A stretch of 63,769 nt of DNA from Paraspadella gotoi (Eukaryota; Animalia; Chaetognatha): the NCBI GenBank assembly GCA_051294375.1, contig CM119264.1:4548402-4612170 (forward strand). The letters run 5' to 3'. Every line of letters starts with the position of its first letter. The stretch's first letter is position 1. A program made the translations under genes and the position numbers. Below, piece by piece: positions 12,872 to 25,399 of the stretch. The notes under the pieces were generated by a model. It was not told where the DNA came from. It did not search any database and saw only the letters and a list, made by a program, of their open reading frames with translations.

Positions 12872-13172
12872 TTTTACTCGTGCCTATGCCAAAACGCTAT
12901 ACAGTGCAGTACAGTTTACACAGTATATCTAAAAAAAGACAAAGTTAAAAATCGGTACAAAAATACCGACTCTGACGCAGTACGTGTGACTTCAATTCGA
13001 GCGCTCGGCTCAGCGAAGAAGCGCTCGCGTTTCCATGGCAACGTTTATGCGGAAACGACGAAGCGAAGCGGTAAAATGGCGGCAAGGTCGCGGCAAGGTC
13101 GGCGCCGTAGAGGTCGGCACGGCGAGGGTTGGCACGGGGAAACTGCGCAAATATTTTTAAAAATATGTTATG

Positions 13173-13295
<123 letters not shown>

Positions 13296-15272
13296 ATAAT
13301 TCCGTCTTTCGGGGCTGCGGCGTAAATACTGGATGGTCTTGTTTTCTCGATCTTAAAGCTTGGATGTGAAAGGCTCTGAATCTCTTCGATCCGTCGTAGT
13401 CAACGATCATAATAAACAGTGACAGTTTACAATTAATTGGTCATTCAGCGACCACCAGCGCCGCCTACCTTTCTACCACTCCCCAACTCTATTTCGCCAC
13501 NNNNNNNNNNNNNNNNNNNNNNNNNNNNNNNNNNNNNNNNNNNNNNNNNNNNNNNNNNNNNNNNNNNNNNNNNNNNNNNNNNNNNNNNNNNNNNNNNNNN
13601 NNNNNNNNNNNNNNNNNNNNNNNNNNNNNNNNNNNNNNNNNNNNNNNNNNNNNNNNNNNNNNNNNNNNNNNNNNNNNNNNNNNNNNNNNNNNNNNNNNNN
13701 NNNNNNNNNNGAGAGAGAGAGAGAGAGAGAAGATGGGTTTAAAAACGGATTAAAACATTGAAGGATAAGAGACAAACAAGAGAAGAAAAATGGTGAGTGC
13801 GTAATCACGCTGGATATTGGGTAAGTGGGTAGTGAATTGTGGGTTGTGACTTGTGAGTAACGGTTAGTGGTCAGTGGCTAGTGGCTAGTGGGTAAACGCC
13901 GTTTCATCGATCAACAGCTACGGACTATCGTAGAATTTACGTATCAAAATGACATCCTTTTTTTTTTCATCTTTTCACCAGCGATATTACCGGAAATATT
14001 TTTTTCCCGGTCATGTCAGGTTCTAACTTGATCCGTCCATCCTTCCGTCCGTTCTTTCGCTCGTTTGCCAGTCAGTACGTTTTTTTTCCTTTATTGATTA
14101 GTTGCGTCGTTCGTTTGTTCGTTTGTTCGTTTGTTTGTTCATTCGTTCGTTAATTCGTTCGTTGGTTTGTTGACTGGTTCGTTCGATCGCTCGTTTGTTC
14201 GTCTGTTCATCTGCCAGTTTGTACGTTTAATCATTCCGTACTTCTGTCTGTTTATCCGCCCTTCAGTCCCTCCCTCGGTTCATCCCTCACCGATCCCGTG
14301 AAACCCAAACAGAAATCGAGCGACGAAATTTCACGAAATGTCACGTGACCCAAAACGTGAATCTTCGCTCTTGATTCACTTTTTCCCTCGATTCTCATTT
14401 TTCTTCGTGAATTCGTGTTGACTGTTGGGGTTAAGGTCTCACGACGCGACGGGCCTTGTCGGTTCCTTCCATCTTTCATTCTTTGTTTTTCTCTTTTTTT
14501 CAACTATCTTTCGGTCTGTGTTTTTTTCTTTCTGTCAAAACTCACGAACGAAAACAGAAAATCGAATCTCGAAAAAAAAAAATTGCCATCGACCTTCAAA
14601 AAAAAAATCGCCGAAATTAATCCGCGCGAAAAGTTGCNNNNNNNNNNNNNNNNNNNNNNNNNNNNNNNNNNNNNNNNNNNNNNNNNNNNNNNNNNNNNNN
14701 NNNNNNNNNNNNNNNNNNNNNNNNNNNNNNNNNNNNNNNNNNNNNNNNNNNNNNNNNNNNNNNNNNNNNNNNNNNNNNNNNNNNNNNNNNNNNNNNNNNN
14801 NNNNNNNNNNNNNNNNNNNNNNNNNNNNNNNNNNNNNNNNNNNNNNNNNNNNNNNNNNNNNNNNNNNNNNNNNNNNNNNNNNNNNNNAAAAAGTAGTTTT
14901 TATTAATACTACTTTCCCTCTCATTTTTTTTGTGACTGAAATCGATCGTGAGTAACGATCGCCATAACTTCGAAACGATTCCGACGACGAGGAATACAAT
15001 TTTGGAAAAAAAAAAGAAAAAAAGAAAAAAAGAAAAAAAGAAAAGCAAAAAGTGAAAACAAACTTTGAACTAATAACAAGACATAAAGACGAAGTTTCTT
15101 TTTCTCCTTTGGTCCAACTTTTCAATTAGTAAAAGTATTTTCTTATTCGTAGAAGAGAAACGATTTTTCAAAGACAAACTTTATATTTTCGATCTTTGAA
15201 ATTCTATCGAATCGATTTCAATGTTAATTTTATCTCTCGCGAGTCAATCATCCCAACCAACCAATTTTTCAA

Positions 15273-15673
15273 TCATTCTGCCAATCACTGATAACTCTTT
15301 CCCTGTCTTAAAGCGACAATCAGCTTTCCAATCAGTTCAAACTCTTTCCAGTCATTCTGCCAATCACTGATAACTCTTTCCCTGTCTTAAAGCGACAATC
15401 AGCTTTCCAATCAGTTCAAACTCTTTCCAGTCATTCTGCCAATCACTGATAACTCTTTCCCTGTGTTAAAGCGACAATCAGCTTTCCAATCAGTTCAAAC
15501 TCTTTCCAGTTATTCTGCCAATCACTGATATCTCTTTCCCTGTCTTAAAGCGACAATTAGCTTTCCAATCAGTTCAAACTCTTTCCAGTCATTCTGCCAA
15601 TCACTGATAACTCTTTCCCTGTCTTAAAGCGACAATCAGCTTTCCAATCAGTTCAAACTCTTTCCAGTCATTC
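15273..15673. repeat. 79-bp minisatellite, 5 near-identical copies, intronic
   Basis: Unit TCATTCTGCCAATCACTGATAACTCTTTCCCTGTCTTAAAGCGACAATCAGCTTTCCAATCAGTTCAAACTCTTTCCAG starts at 15273, 15352, 15431, 15510 and 15589. Confidence 0.95.
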
Positions 15674-16730
15674 GTTTCAATCAACTTTTCAATCAGCCTC
15701 GTTTCCGATCGCGTCCGAATCCACCCAAAGTTAATTGCGCCCCCTTTCCCGACGCCTGACGGGTAACGACCGATCTGTTCCCCCCCCATCCTCCACCTAA
15801 TCACCACCTCCGCCACCATCCACCACCATCCATCACCACCCTTTCTCCTTCCCGACCTAAACCGTAAAACTTCCTAATCAACCCATCGACTGATTTTCTA
15901 TACATCGAAGAAAAGTCTTTAATCACTGCCTGACACTCCCAAAGCTGCCTTCTCTACCGTCACCCCTTTGACACTCTCCCCCNNNNNNNNNNNNNNNNNN
16001 NNNNNNNNNNNNNNNNNNNNNNNNNNNNNNNNNNNNNNNNNNNNNNNNNNNNNNNNNNNNNNNNNNNNNNNNNNNNNNNNNNNNNNNNNNNNNNNNNNNN
16101 NNNNNNNNNNNNNNNNNNNNNNNNNNNNNNNNNNNNNNNNNNNNNNNNNNNNNNNNNNNNNNNNNNNNNNNNNNNNNNNNNNNNNNNNNNNNNAAGAAAA
16201 AAAATCCTCGTGTTTTTTTTTTCTATATAAAACTAAAAGAAAAAGGCCCTCTCATGAAAAAAAAAGAAAGAAAGAAAAAAAAGGTCCTATTTTCCTTCGT
16301 CAGAGAAAAAAAGTTTAAAAAAAAAAATAGGCTGAAAAGTTTTAAGGGGAAATGCGGGAATTAAATTCCGCGGTTAAGGGAAAAAAAAAGATAAATTATG
16401 CAAATGAGCGACGGAGGTCTGAGACGAGGACGCCATCTTGTGAAGAGAGTTAGGGNNNNNNNNNNNNNNNNNNNNNNNNNNNNNNNNNNNNNNNNNNNNN
16501 NNNNNNNNNNNNNNNNNNNNNNNNNNNNNNNNNNNNNNNNNNNNNNNNNNNNNNNNNNNNNNNNNNNNNNNNNNNNNNNNNNNNNNNNNNNNNNNNNNNN
16601 NNNNNNNNNNNNNNNNNNNNNNNNNNNNNNNNNNNNNNNNNNNNNNNNNNNNNNNNNNNNNNNNNNNNNNNNNNNNNNNNNNNNNNNNNNNNNNNNNNNN
16701 NNNNNNNNNNNNNNNNNNNNNNNNNNNNNN

Positions 16731-16829
16731 ACCGACCCTCCTACGCGCTGCAGCTGCAGGTCAAGTCGGCCTACGGGACGCTGCGGCACAACCTCACCAT
16801 CAAGATGGTCGACGAGGCTGAGGAGCGAG
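16731..16829 (+). CDS. IgSF gene exon (end of Ig domain; 5' part lost in N gap)
   Basis: Reads RPSYALQLQVKSAYGTLRHNLTIKMVDEAEER, followed by G|GTGAGG donor; resembles Ig F/G strands. Confidence 0.65.
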
Positions 16830-17899
16830 GTGAGGCGAAGGGAGTTAGGATTTGGGGGGAAGAGGGGTCAAATAAAAATGACTAATACAATTAATAATGA
16901 TAAATGAGATGGCATGCATAAAGATAAATTTACAATGAATATCTGTATAGATGAATTTGATGTATTTTAAAATGTATCAATTGATTCATTTATCTGATTA
17001 TTTACAATATAAATAATTGTGTTAAGTTATAATCGTTAAATAAATCCGTATTGCCGATTTTATTTCCGTTTCTTTTTTGTTGATATTCCTTTTTGTTCTT
17101 GTAGCAATTAATGACCTTTTCTCCAACCTGAGCCAAAACATTGACGACGACGACGACGATGACGATGACGACAACGACAACGACGAAAACGATGACGACG
17201 ACGATGACGACGACGATTTCAGACTCAACGAAAACGGCGATGAAAACGGCCACTGAGACGACGACGACGACGATAACGACGATGACGATAACGAAGACGG
17301 AAACGTTCAACGTTTTAAACGAAGCGTCGATGTTTTGTGACCCTCGACGGGATAAACTCACCCAAAACTCACCCGAAATTCAACCCACAAAAATATTTCC
17401 ATCCCGTTCGGCTCCAAAGAATTCTCACCTTTCTCACCTTTTCTCAGAAATGACATTTTCTTCTCGTTATAACCACTCGTGTTTNNNNNNNNNNNNNNNN
17501 NNNNNNNNNNNNNNNNNNNNNNNNNNNNNNNNNNNNNNNNNNNNNNNNNNNNNNNNNNNNNNNNNNNNNNNNNNNNNNNNNNNNNNNNNNNNNNNNNNNN
17601 NNNNNNNNNNNNNNNNNNNNNNNNNNNNNNNNNNNNNNNNNNNNNNNNNNNNNNNNNNNNNNNNNNNNNNNNNNNNNNNNNNNNNNNNNNNNNNNNNNNN
17701 NNNNNNNNNNNNNATATTCCTTTTTATATTAATTTTTATATTAATATTCCTTTTTTCTTTCTATCTTCTCTCGACTTTCTGTCCGATTATCTCTCTCTCC
17801 ATCTTTCCACTAACTCACCTTTTTCTCCCTTTCTCCCCTCAAACTCCCACGCCTCACCCAAGGCCTGGTCCGCGACTTCGACCCCACTTTCCACAACAG

Positions 17900-18122
17900 C
17901 GCCAGCGACGGATTCGGGTGGGGTGACTCCGGAGGCGGAGGCGGCCCCGGCGCCGAGCGGGGCGTCCGCAGAGGGGCGCTCGACCAAGGGCCTCTCACCG
18001 CCATCGAGATCGTCGTCATCGTCGTCATCCTCGTCTGCGCGATGGCGATCATAGCGGCGCTGGTGGGGCTGCTGCAGAAGNNNNNNNNNNGGGCAAAGCA
18101 GAAGGGCTGCTGCAGAAGAAGG
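17900..18122 (+). CDS. IgSF gene exon encoding a Gly-rich linker and the transmembrane helix
   Basis: acag| acceptor; ASDGFGWGDSGGGGGPGAERGVRRGALDQGPLTAIEIVVIVVILVCAMAIIAALVGLLQK contains a clear hydrophobic TM segment followed by basic residues. A 10-N gap with duplicated overlap precedes the donor G|GTGATT at 18123. The phase relative to the previous exon is unresolved. Confidence 0.75.
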
Positions 18123-18613
18123 GTGATTGACTGATTGGGCAAGGGAGTGAGGCTGCTGCTGTAAAGGACATCAATAAATTAAGCAATAATTCCAANNNNN
18201 NNNNNNNNNNNNNNNNNNNNNNNNNNNNNNNNNNNNNNNNNNNNNNNNNNNNNNNNNNNNNNNNNNNNNNNNNNNNNNNNNNNNNNNNNNNNNNNNNNNN
18301 NNNNNNNNNNNNNNNNNNNNNNNNNNNNNNNNNNNNNNNNNNNNAACAATAATAACTCTCTCATCCACGGTAGAATAAAAGAATTAAATATTTGTCACTT
18401 TTCCCTTTTTTTCATAATTCCTTGTTGATATTCCGCTTTTTTTTTCAAATTGAATGTCATATCTCTTTCGCTCTGACCTTTATAACGAAAGAAAAATTGA
18501 TATATATTCTCGTTCAGTCGACAAGCTAAGACATTTTCGAATTTCAAATTTGTCGATATCTCAACTCACTCTTCCCTCCCCCCCACACCCATCCGCCCTT
18601 CCCTTCAACGCAG

Positions 18614-18829
18614 GGCTGCTGGCCAAATCTCCTCACCCGACCGCCAGCCTTACCCCGCAGACCCGTCTCATCCTCGCTCACCCGGGTCAGGGCTTAGGGG
18701 CTCCGGGGACCCTCGCGGGTCACGGCCTGGCGGGCCCGGGGCTGGGGGCGCCCCACTCGGTCAACGGGATGTCCGCCTCGAATTACTCCAACGGGGGGAC
18801 GATACTCAATCACGGAAATCATCCTCATG
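18614..18829 (+). CDS. IgSF gene cytoplasmic exon
   Basis: gcag| acceptor, phase 1 at both ends, G|GTGAAA donor; reads GLLAKSPHPTASLTPQTRLILAHPGQG...NHGNHPH. Confidence 0.75.
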
Positions 18830-19171
18830 GTGAAACACTTTTTTATAAATTTATTTATTTTATTAATTTATATTCAGAAATTTATTTCTTTTTTTTTTTA
18901 ATTTATTTTTTATTCTTCTCTTAGTTTTCTTTTTTCCTTGTTTACTTTTATTCTTTTTTCCTTATTTCTTTATTTCTTTTTTTTTCTTTACTTTCTTTAT
19001 TTCTCTTTTTCTTTCTTTATTTGTTTATTTCATTTACGACGTATTTATTTCTCTCCTCGATGTCTTTCTTTCCTTCTTTCTATCTTTATTTCGTTTCTTC
19101 TGTCTTTTTTCTCTCTCCTCCTCTCCCATCACTACATCAACCCCATCTTTCCACCTCCGCTCCTCCATCAG

Positions 19172-19281
19172 GCCTCGATACTCTGACCTCCATCGGCGGG
19201 GGTTACGGCGTTTTGACGAGCCTTTCCAGCGCCACTCCTCCGCTGACCTCATCCGCCGCCAGAGGTCAAGATCTCCTCTGA
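19172..19281 (+). CDS. IgSF gene terminal coding exon
   Basis: tcag| acceptor in phase 1, compatible with the previous donor; reads GLDTLTSIGGGYGVLTSLSSATPPLTSSAARGQDLL then stop. Confidence 0.75.
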
Positions 19282-19537
19282 AAAAAAAGTAAACAAACAA
19301 ACAGAAGACTAAAAAAAAAAGAAATAAACAAAAGAGCAGCGGAGAAACTCGTCTTTCCTCATCGTCATCCTCCGTCGTCGTCGTCGTTCTTTTCCTCCTC
19401 CTCTTCCTCCTCCTTTTTTCGCCGCCACGCGGCAGCACAGGTTCGAAATCTAGACATGATTTTCAAAAGCGCCCAATTTTAGTTTAAATTTTAGAATTGA
19501 GTCGGTTTTTAAATTTAAAGATTAGTTTAAACGTTGG

Positions 19538-19800
19538 GGTTATGGATTAGGTTAGGGATTAGGTTATGGATTAGGTTATGGATTAGGTTATGGATTAGGT
19601 TAGGGATTAGGTTATGGATTAGGTTATGGATTAGGTTACGGATTAGGTTAGGGATTAGGTTAGGGATTAGGTAAGGGATTAGGTTAAGAATTAGGTTATG
19701 GATTAGGTAAGAAACTTGGCAAGTAGTAAGGACTAGGTTAGGAGATAAGGTTAGGGATTTTGGTTAGTGTTAGGGTTAGATTAGAGTTAGGGTTAGGGAT
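19538..19800. repeat. 12-bp tandem array GGATTAGGTTA(T/G), telomere-motif-like
   Basis: Repeated ggattaggttat/ggattaggttag units contain TTAGG and TTAGGG, and decay toward 19800. Confidence 0.85.
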
Positions 19801-20084
19801 TGAATTAAGTAGAAGATTAGAGTTTAGGAATTTGGGATTAGAAACAGAAAGGAGAAACACTGGAAACAGCGCCCGAAATCTAATTTGCTTCTTCAAACAA
19901 TAAGAGCAAATGACGATTGAATTCGTTCTCGAAGGGGAAATGGGGGGGAGAAGAGGAGCGAAGGGGAACTGGAGGGAGATGGGACTTTGGGAGGGAGAAG
20001 GGCCGGAGAGTAAGCAAGGTAGGAAGGTGCGACGGTCTTTTTAACGGGGATTGGGGAATGACGGTTTGGAAAGCGTTGGAGGGG

Positions 20085-21310
20085 TCGGATTTTAATAATT
20101 AAACCTCCGGTCCGCGTAAGGGGTAAAGTGGAGTTGAAGCGGGCAATCAAAAGAAGAAATTTTGTTTTCTCATTTTTCTTTTTAAGGGGGGGCGGACCAA
20201 CGTGAACAGGGGAGGGTTAAAAAGTTGAACACATAACGGTTTGACCCTTTAACCTTAAGCTGCGTTTCTGATCATATAATTTGTTTCTTCTATAATCATT
20301 TGGGGACAAGTAGTTAAAAAATTCGATCAAAATCAGCGAGCTTTTAATTTTCTTTAAAAAATCCGGTAAGAAGAAAAATCTTTTTCAAGTGTATTAAATT
20401 TTTTTATTTCCAAAAAAGGTTAGATTCTAATCTTTAAAAAGATTTTTCTGCTCTTTATCACAAAAATTTATAAGAAAAAAAACTAGGCAAATGATCAAAA
20501 ATTAAGCGTATTGACTGATTTTATTAAACTTTCTTTTTACAAATGATTCTGTTAACTAGATGAAAATAAAAACTCTTTGATAAGAATATAAATATAAAAG
20601 AAGAGAAGAGATTTCTGTACTTTTGCTAAAATTTTTAATTGTTATAATTAGGAACTAAATATGTTAATATATACATTTATAGATGAATATGCGAATCATT
20701 AATTAATAATTATTACAGTTTATGCTTTCTGTAAGAATAGAATTTAGCGTTGATTATATCTGCTTTTAAGTAAATATGAAAAATAAAAAAATATTAGTCC
20801 TTGCATAAAGCCTTTGTTCAATGATGGCTTAAACCTAAATTATAGCTCTTGCTACAGTAAAAAATAAAAAATTGGAATTTAGTAAAAAATACTTTCTAAT
20901 GCTAAAATAAAATAGATGGCAGTATTTATAAATATTTATGTAGCGGTCAACTAAATTTTTTTTTCATAAATTATTAAATTTTTGTTTTCCGCTAGAATAA
21001 GAGATACGAATTTTGCTTGCCACTTTCCCGTGCAAAGAAAAATTACATGACTATCACCATTCAAATTCCTTTGATGATCAGACCCCTTAAGCCTTCATGC
21101 ATATCTTTATTTTATCCACTGGTCCCCCTTAAGAGCGGAAACAAGAAGATGGGAGGAAGAGACGAGGGGAAAAAAAGGCGCGTACTTTGACCAGAATGTC
21201 AAAATGTATAGCAAATGAGCTTAAATAAGCGATGGCAAAACATTTAGAAGGAAAGAGAGAAGAGAGACTTTCGTGGTTCAACGTACCTGAGCCCTTGAGG
21301 TGTTTTTAGT
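20085..21310. repeat. ~1.2-kb segment downstream of TMX1 (likely 3' UTR), duplicated at 27013-28143
   Basis: Collinear direct similarity to 27013-28143; that copy differs mainly by small deletions. Confidence 0.9.
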
Positions 21311-21314
21311 TCTG

Positions 21315-22961
21315 TCACTGACGTCTTCTTCTTATTCCTCACGGTTCATCTGCCGCCTTATCACTCCTCTATTACAGCTTCTCGTTCTCTGCTTCCTCTC
21401 CGCGTTCTCCTGTTCGGTCGTCTGTCTCCTCGTATCTTCGTTTCCTCTCGTGACTCTGCTCCTCGTCCTCCGCTCTCCTCCTCGTCTTCCCCCCAACTCC
21501 TATATCCCTCCTCCTCCTCGTTCGTCTCCTTCTCTCCATCTTCCTCCGCCACTTCACGCCATCAAGATCTCCGCTTCCTCTTCCTCTTCCTCCTCCCCGC
21601 CCCACGACGTCGGGATTCTTTCCTTCTTCCCTCGCTCTCTTCTTGGCCTCCATCGAACCTCCAACATTTCGGCCTGACGTCGTCGCTCTTCCCTGGCGCG
21701 CCGCGTTCTTCTCGGCGGATGGCGGCGCGGCGCTCCGTTCGAAGGCGTGGAGAGGCAGTCCCATGCAGCAGACGATGATGTCAGGCCCATGGTGAGTCCG
21801 CAGGCGAGAGTGGAAAGGCCGAAGACGACGTAAGAGGCCCAGACGGGAAAAAACGTAGCGTATGGTTCATCCAAGTCGTTGAGGCGCTTTGGACCAGGTT
21901 GGCCAATTTGTTAGAAGCCGGACATGGCCTTCATGGCCACGCCTGTTGGAAGGGCAGGAGGGTTGGGCAAGGAGGCAGATATGGAAAGGATGAGAAGAAA
22001 AGAGAAGAAAGAGAAGAAAAAGAAAAAGAGAAGCAAGAATAAATGAAAATTAAAAAAAGGAAGAGAAAGAGAAAGATGTCCTCGAAAGATCCAATTAAGA
22101 TTTTGAGATTTTGTATTACGATGAAAAATGCAGGAAAAGTGACGAGAACCAAATCAAACTACTTACCTTTTTTCTTATCTGAGAGCAAAAGAAAAGGGTG
22201 TACAAATCGAAACGAAAAAGGGAAATAGCTTTTGGTTTCAAACGACAACGAACAATGATGAACAACAACTAACGTGAGGTTCGCGCCATTTTTTCTAGAA
22301 ACGGGCGATTGGCGCCATTTTTCGCCACAACGATTCCAATCATGTCCTCGACGCTTCGCTTCTAGTATAATTTTTCGCGTATTCTTGTCCTAAGGAAATG
22401 AGATAAAGTACTTGAATCCTCGTTTGCATATTTAGCATATTGGATTGTTTATTTATGTTATTCTTCTGTTTTGTTTAAAATTTAAAACTAATATTCCTGA
22501 TAATTAACAATAAATAAAACCGATTTGATTACTTGAGTAGATTCAGAGGCCTACGTCGTGATCTCTCTAGTCCTCCCATTCTAGACGTATCTGTGAAAGA
22601 ACAACCTGTATATTGTTTGTATTAACTTGTGTATATTTATTATATATAAATAATATATATTATTACGTTGAGAAATTATAATCTCAATGAATTACCCCCA
22701 CCTTCCGCCCTTCACCATCAACCCCCACGAAGCACAATCCCCCTATCACAGTCTCACAAGTCTCACCACCTTGACGTGAAAGCATGGATGGCAAAGTGCG
22801 ATCATCATTCGTCCCGTGAGCCAAGGATTGATCGTCACGGTCCACTTGGCCACGCGGGCCTGTGCTCTGCAGAGCTTGAAGCGTCGCAGCCAATTTCGTC
22901 CCAGCGGTGGAGCATGCAAGGGCGTCGGCAGTGCAGGAGCGGGACACAAGGGCGCGGCCAC
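21315..22961 (-). CDS. TMX1: Thioredoxin-related transmembrane protein (TMX1/TMX4-like); three exons visible (22961-22767, 22389-22274, 21942-21315), indel-corrupted
   Basis: Exon A: AP.CPA(C)-like active site, RVAKVDVT-like segment, INPWLTGRMMI..LP..FHVK. Exon B: EDMIGIV..KWRQ..PVS..WREPH. Exon C: MKAMSGF...FPVWASYVVFGLSTLACGLTMGL..DCL, then an acidic tail and a terminal Arg-rich motif. These match TMX1 landmarks (WCPAC, AKVDVT..PGLSGRF, PVWGSY.VFALATL..GL.LGL). GT/AG boundaries are present; the first exon(s) were not identified. Confidence 0.85.
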
Positions 22962-25399
22962 CTCCAAGGATCTCGATTTATAACACACATAACTCACAGC
23001 ACTAGACAAGATCGATGAGCAGCTCGCTCAAGTACAATTCACGAGAGTCCCTCAGTGCCAGTAGAAATTTAACTCTGTCAGGGGAGAAAGGAAGCTGCGG
23101 AGTCGGATGGATTTAAGCGCGCGAGAACTAAGATAGAGAAACAGAGATAGAATTTTCACTAATTAATACATGAAAAGAGAGCTCAAATTTACTAAACTGT
23201 GCTAGTTAATAATATTAGAGGCACCACGTTAACTCTCTGAGGATTTGGTAAGACATATAGGAGCATCAGTGTAATATATAGAGACTCTCAAAGCGTAATA
23301 GCAAAGGTCACCTCTCGTTTATAATTTAAGGAGATACTAGACATAACGCCACAAGTTCGAGTAAGGTGTACGCTACTACAAACCAACACTAATAACAGTG
23401 GACACACAAAAATATCTATGTTCAGTTCAAGGATGTAATGATTGGCAACAGTGAGAGATGACACGAGGTGACATGATATGAATGTTGTCCTGTGGGAGGT
23501 GCTAGTGAGGCATAGTCATTCCCTCACTTGAGGTGCGCTACTCAGGTGGATCTCTCGAGAAACTGAGGATGTAACCACTCGATGGTCAAAGCTTGCACGT
23601 TGTTGTGTATGCCGACACCACTGCAAGACTTAACTAACATTGGACAATCCACCGCTCTCTGATGACTCTCTCTCTGAGTGAAAGGCATTGAAAACTCAAC
23701 AGTTGGTGGACGTAAGAAGACGAGTGGTGGTTATATGCAGATGTCCATAGCGCCAACGAGACTGGCGGAAGACAAGCGAAAAGGTCCGGTCGGGGCGAAT
23801 CCATAAAAGAGGTTCCATCAGACAAGTAGGCGTTGCAAAATTAGTGAGTGATAACAGTTATAATCAAGAAGAGGAGAAAGAGCGTGATACAGAAAGATTA
23901 GCAGAGTCACTCTGAAAAGCCTCTCCTCAGATAGAGATGAGAGTATGAGTGATGCAAAGATTGACTCAGTGTATGATCGCGATGCAAGATGCCATCTACT
24001 TCGTATCTACTAATCTCTCGTGAGAATGAATTTCCGATCGAAACATTCGATGAGCTCAGGCGCTGCGTGTTTCTGAAGGGTAGAGGAACGGAGTATATGA
24101 TCAGTCCTGAGGTTGTGTGTTCGGGTTTTTCGGTGGCAGCTCTCAGAGTTGAGAGAGAGAACGCGCTCCCCGTAGGCGAGAGTTCGCGTATGTCGCTTTC
24201 CTCGACGGAGAGTTCCTGCTCTAGCAAAAATTCTCTCATCTCGGACAGCTGTTAGGCTGGTGGCACGCCAGTGGTCGAGTGATAATGCCTCCCGCATATA
24301 CTCGAGTGGATCGTAGCAGCAGGCGCGCGATTGAACAAGGAGACGAGAATCCGAGAGGCAAGAGGTCAAACTACGATCGAGGAAGGCTTCTCGGTTCTCT
24401 TCAATGAGATTACAGGTAATAGTTCCGCGCTCAGATAGACAGAAGAGGCAAGATCCAGAGCCGTCGAATATCATTAAGAGAGAAGAAGAGAGCATACACT
24501 GATCCTGTGTATTGGAGAAGAAAGAATGAGGCGAGGTTGCTATGGATGGAGAAGGAAATGGGATATGAACAAAAATGAAATAAAAAAAGATTTTCGAAGA
24601 GAAAAGTTAAAGGGATTAAAAAAATAGAAAGTTTTACAGAGGAATTTACAGAGAAAAGTCGGCGGAGATTTGAGTACAGACATCACAAAAGTTCATTAAT
24701 ATTAGATCAGAAGAGAGTAACGAGAAGTGATATTAAAGTGCAATACCTATATTACCGCGCGGCGCTGTGAGATACGTGAAAAAGAAAATTCGAGAAGAGC
24801 AGAAAAAGTAATAAGTAAATATAAAAAATAAGATTATTAAAACAAAGGGAAGAGAAAGAAAATTTTTAAGGACAGAAGCAATGTGATATCAAGACAAAAC
24901 TAATATTATAAGAACTATATAAAATAATTCAGAAAATTATACATACAATGCGAAAGGACGATAATTTGTAAGAAGGAAGACTATGTTTACGCACATAAGT
25001 GAACTACGATAAGAGAAAGAGTTACATAGCGAAGAAAATCTCTGACTGTTCATTGTAGCGATGTATTTTCTCGCGCAGTTCTTTACTAATTATATATTTC
25101 ATATATGATGAGCTATGTGGCTTATACGTGTATTTGGAATACTCAGGAAAAGCAAGATACGTAGATACTTTATATGAAATGAAAAAAAAATACAACGTTA
25201 ATAATAAAGTAATATTAGGCAATCACCGTGATTGAGGTCCAATATAGGAGTGAGTAATAATATGTTCTTTGTATCTAAGACACCAACTAATATGATTTGG
25301 TGCGCGAGAATTAACTGAATGTGTATTCTATTATCTATACTACCGTTCCTTTCCAGACTATCCTCCACACCTCCTTGTCACCGAGAGGTCGCTAAAAGT

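Noticed and set aside
15273-15673. Possible CRISPR array (also 33507-34103)
   Set aside because: The units are contiguous with no unique spacers, there are no cas genes, and the context is eukaryotic; these are minisatellites.
17141-17480. Thr-rich mucin-like ORF inside the IgSF gene
   Set aside because: It is a degenerate (GAC)n microsatellite like many others here, with no convincing splice sites.
21315-22961. TMX1 as a pseudogene, or with an altered active site (APLCPAP)
   Set aside because: Dense single-base indels affect exons and introns alike and the region borders obviously noisy sequence; read error is the simpler explanation.
22975-25330. Novel ORFs (e.g. 23907..24239, 24010..24495)
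   Set aside because: The region is an insertion-rich noisy version of ~28350-29710, so the ORFs are not credible.
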